Below are positions 63,208 through 64,000 of a DNA stretch of 64,000 nucleotides, piece after piece; the first letter of the stretch is position 1, and every line of letters starts with the position of its first letter. The DNA is from an uncultured delta proteobacterium. Lineage in GTDB: Bacteria; Desulfobacterota; Desulfobacteria; Desulfobacterales; JAFDCJ01. Location of the stretch: positions 1 through 64,000 of the forward strand of contig CAVYNY010000039.1 in NCBI GenBank assembly GCA_963769935.1. Reading direction: 5' to 3'. Below the pieces are notes generated by a model that saw nothing but the letters and a program-made list of their open reading frames with translations, was not told the origin of the DNA and did not search any database. The position numbers were made by a program, and so were the translations under genes.

Positions 63208-64000
63208 TTAGGTGCCGATGTGAACGGCAACGGCGTGTTCTCGAACTCCGTTGTTGCCGTAGCCCAGGACATTCCAGAAGGCGGTTTCGGGCTGCCGAAG
63301 GCCGTTTGTGTCGGTGGCACGCGCCATGATTGTATATTTTCCTTCTGCTTTAACTTCCCATAAGTATTCCCAGTGACGCCAGGCATATGGCGCCTCGAGC
63401 CCGATCATCCCGGCCGGATGCCAACTGGCCCCATGGTCGACGGACACTTCAACTTTTTCTATTCCGGCTTCTCCGGCATAGGCGGCACCTCGGATCGGCA
63501 CGATACCGGCGGAAATTGTTTGATCCGCTTCGGGTTCAATGATGATGGATTTGACCTGAAGCTCTTTAACCACTTGGCCCGACTTGGGGTCTTCGCCCTT
63601 TTGAAACACCCGGTAGACTTTGTCCATAAAGAAACCCTCAAAGGGTTGCTCAAGCACCATGATCTTAAACAGCCATTTGACGCAATTCGCCCCCGTCCAG
63701 CCCAACGCCAGCGAGCGCAAGGGGTAGCCGTGCTCGAGCGGCAGGGGCTTTCCGTTCATTTCATACACCAGCAGGGTCGACGACATGGCCTTTGCGACAG
63801 GTATGCTGCGGATAAATTTGATGCCGGCGGACCCCAGCGGTTTATCAAAACCCTCGAAGGCGATATGCTTGGCATTTTCCTGCAGCCCGGCTTTTTCAAG
63901 CACATCCCTTAGCCGAACGCCTCCCCAGACGGCATTGCCCACCCCGCCGATGGTCCAGGGATTGCCGGATGCTTTTTCCGGCAGCAGCGATCGGCTGTTT
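63208..64000 (-). CDS. Sulfite oxidase-family molybdopterin oxidoreductase (5' end outside the window)
   Basis: GNAVWGGVRLRDVL, FIRSIP, MNGKPLPLEHGYPLR and VEVSVD...MARATD motifs. Confidence 0.92.
   Translation of the reverse strand, partial: NSRSLLPEKASGNPWTIGGVGNAVWGGVRLRDVLEKAGLQENAKHIAFEGFDKPLGSAGIKFIRSIPVAKAMSSTLLVYEMNGKPLPLEHGYPLRSLALGWTGANCVKWLFKIMVLEQPFEGFFMDKVYRVFQKGEDPKSGQVVKELQVKSIIIEPEADQTISAGIVPIRGAAYAGEAGIEKVEVSVDHGASWHPAGMIGLEAPYAWRHWEYLWEVKAEGKYTIMARATDTNGLRQPETAFWNVLGYGNNGVREHAVAVHIGT

Noticed and set aside
1..64000. tRNA, rRNA, integron integrase/attC arrays, prophage genes
   Set aside because: None were recognised by eye; tRNAscan-SE or IntegronFinder would be needed to exclude them formally.

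Overview
A 64-kb bacterial window. Gene content and codon style resemble a Desulfobacterales/Desulfobacterota-type organism (inference). The first ~27 kb is an AT-richer accessory mosaic: gene remnants, vapBC, PilZ proteins, an ExeA ATPase and two TIR-domain genes. The rest is mostly metabolic: glpD, a two-component/uppP/RND operon, glgC-GH15, rocD, an amylase, GH63, a catabolic operon and a second TA pair. The standout is a complete 1,979-bp IS110-family element (5684-7662). It is inserted into a short host repeat, GGGGTCAAAGCTTGAATAGT, which has empty copies at 260 and 9814. Its long downstream non-coding end carries three tandem stem-loops shaped like bridge-RNA target-binding loops. One spells the actual insertion site and the other two spell variant targets, suggesting a multi-guide bridge-RNA array. 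Other notable items are a TIR-acyl carrier protein fusion divergent from a TIR-WD40 gene, a UGA-interrupted candidate selenoprotein, two MITEs, and a ~63-bp dispersed repeat. Several single-base frameshifts may be assembly errors. All family assignments come from motif recognition by eye; no searches were run.
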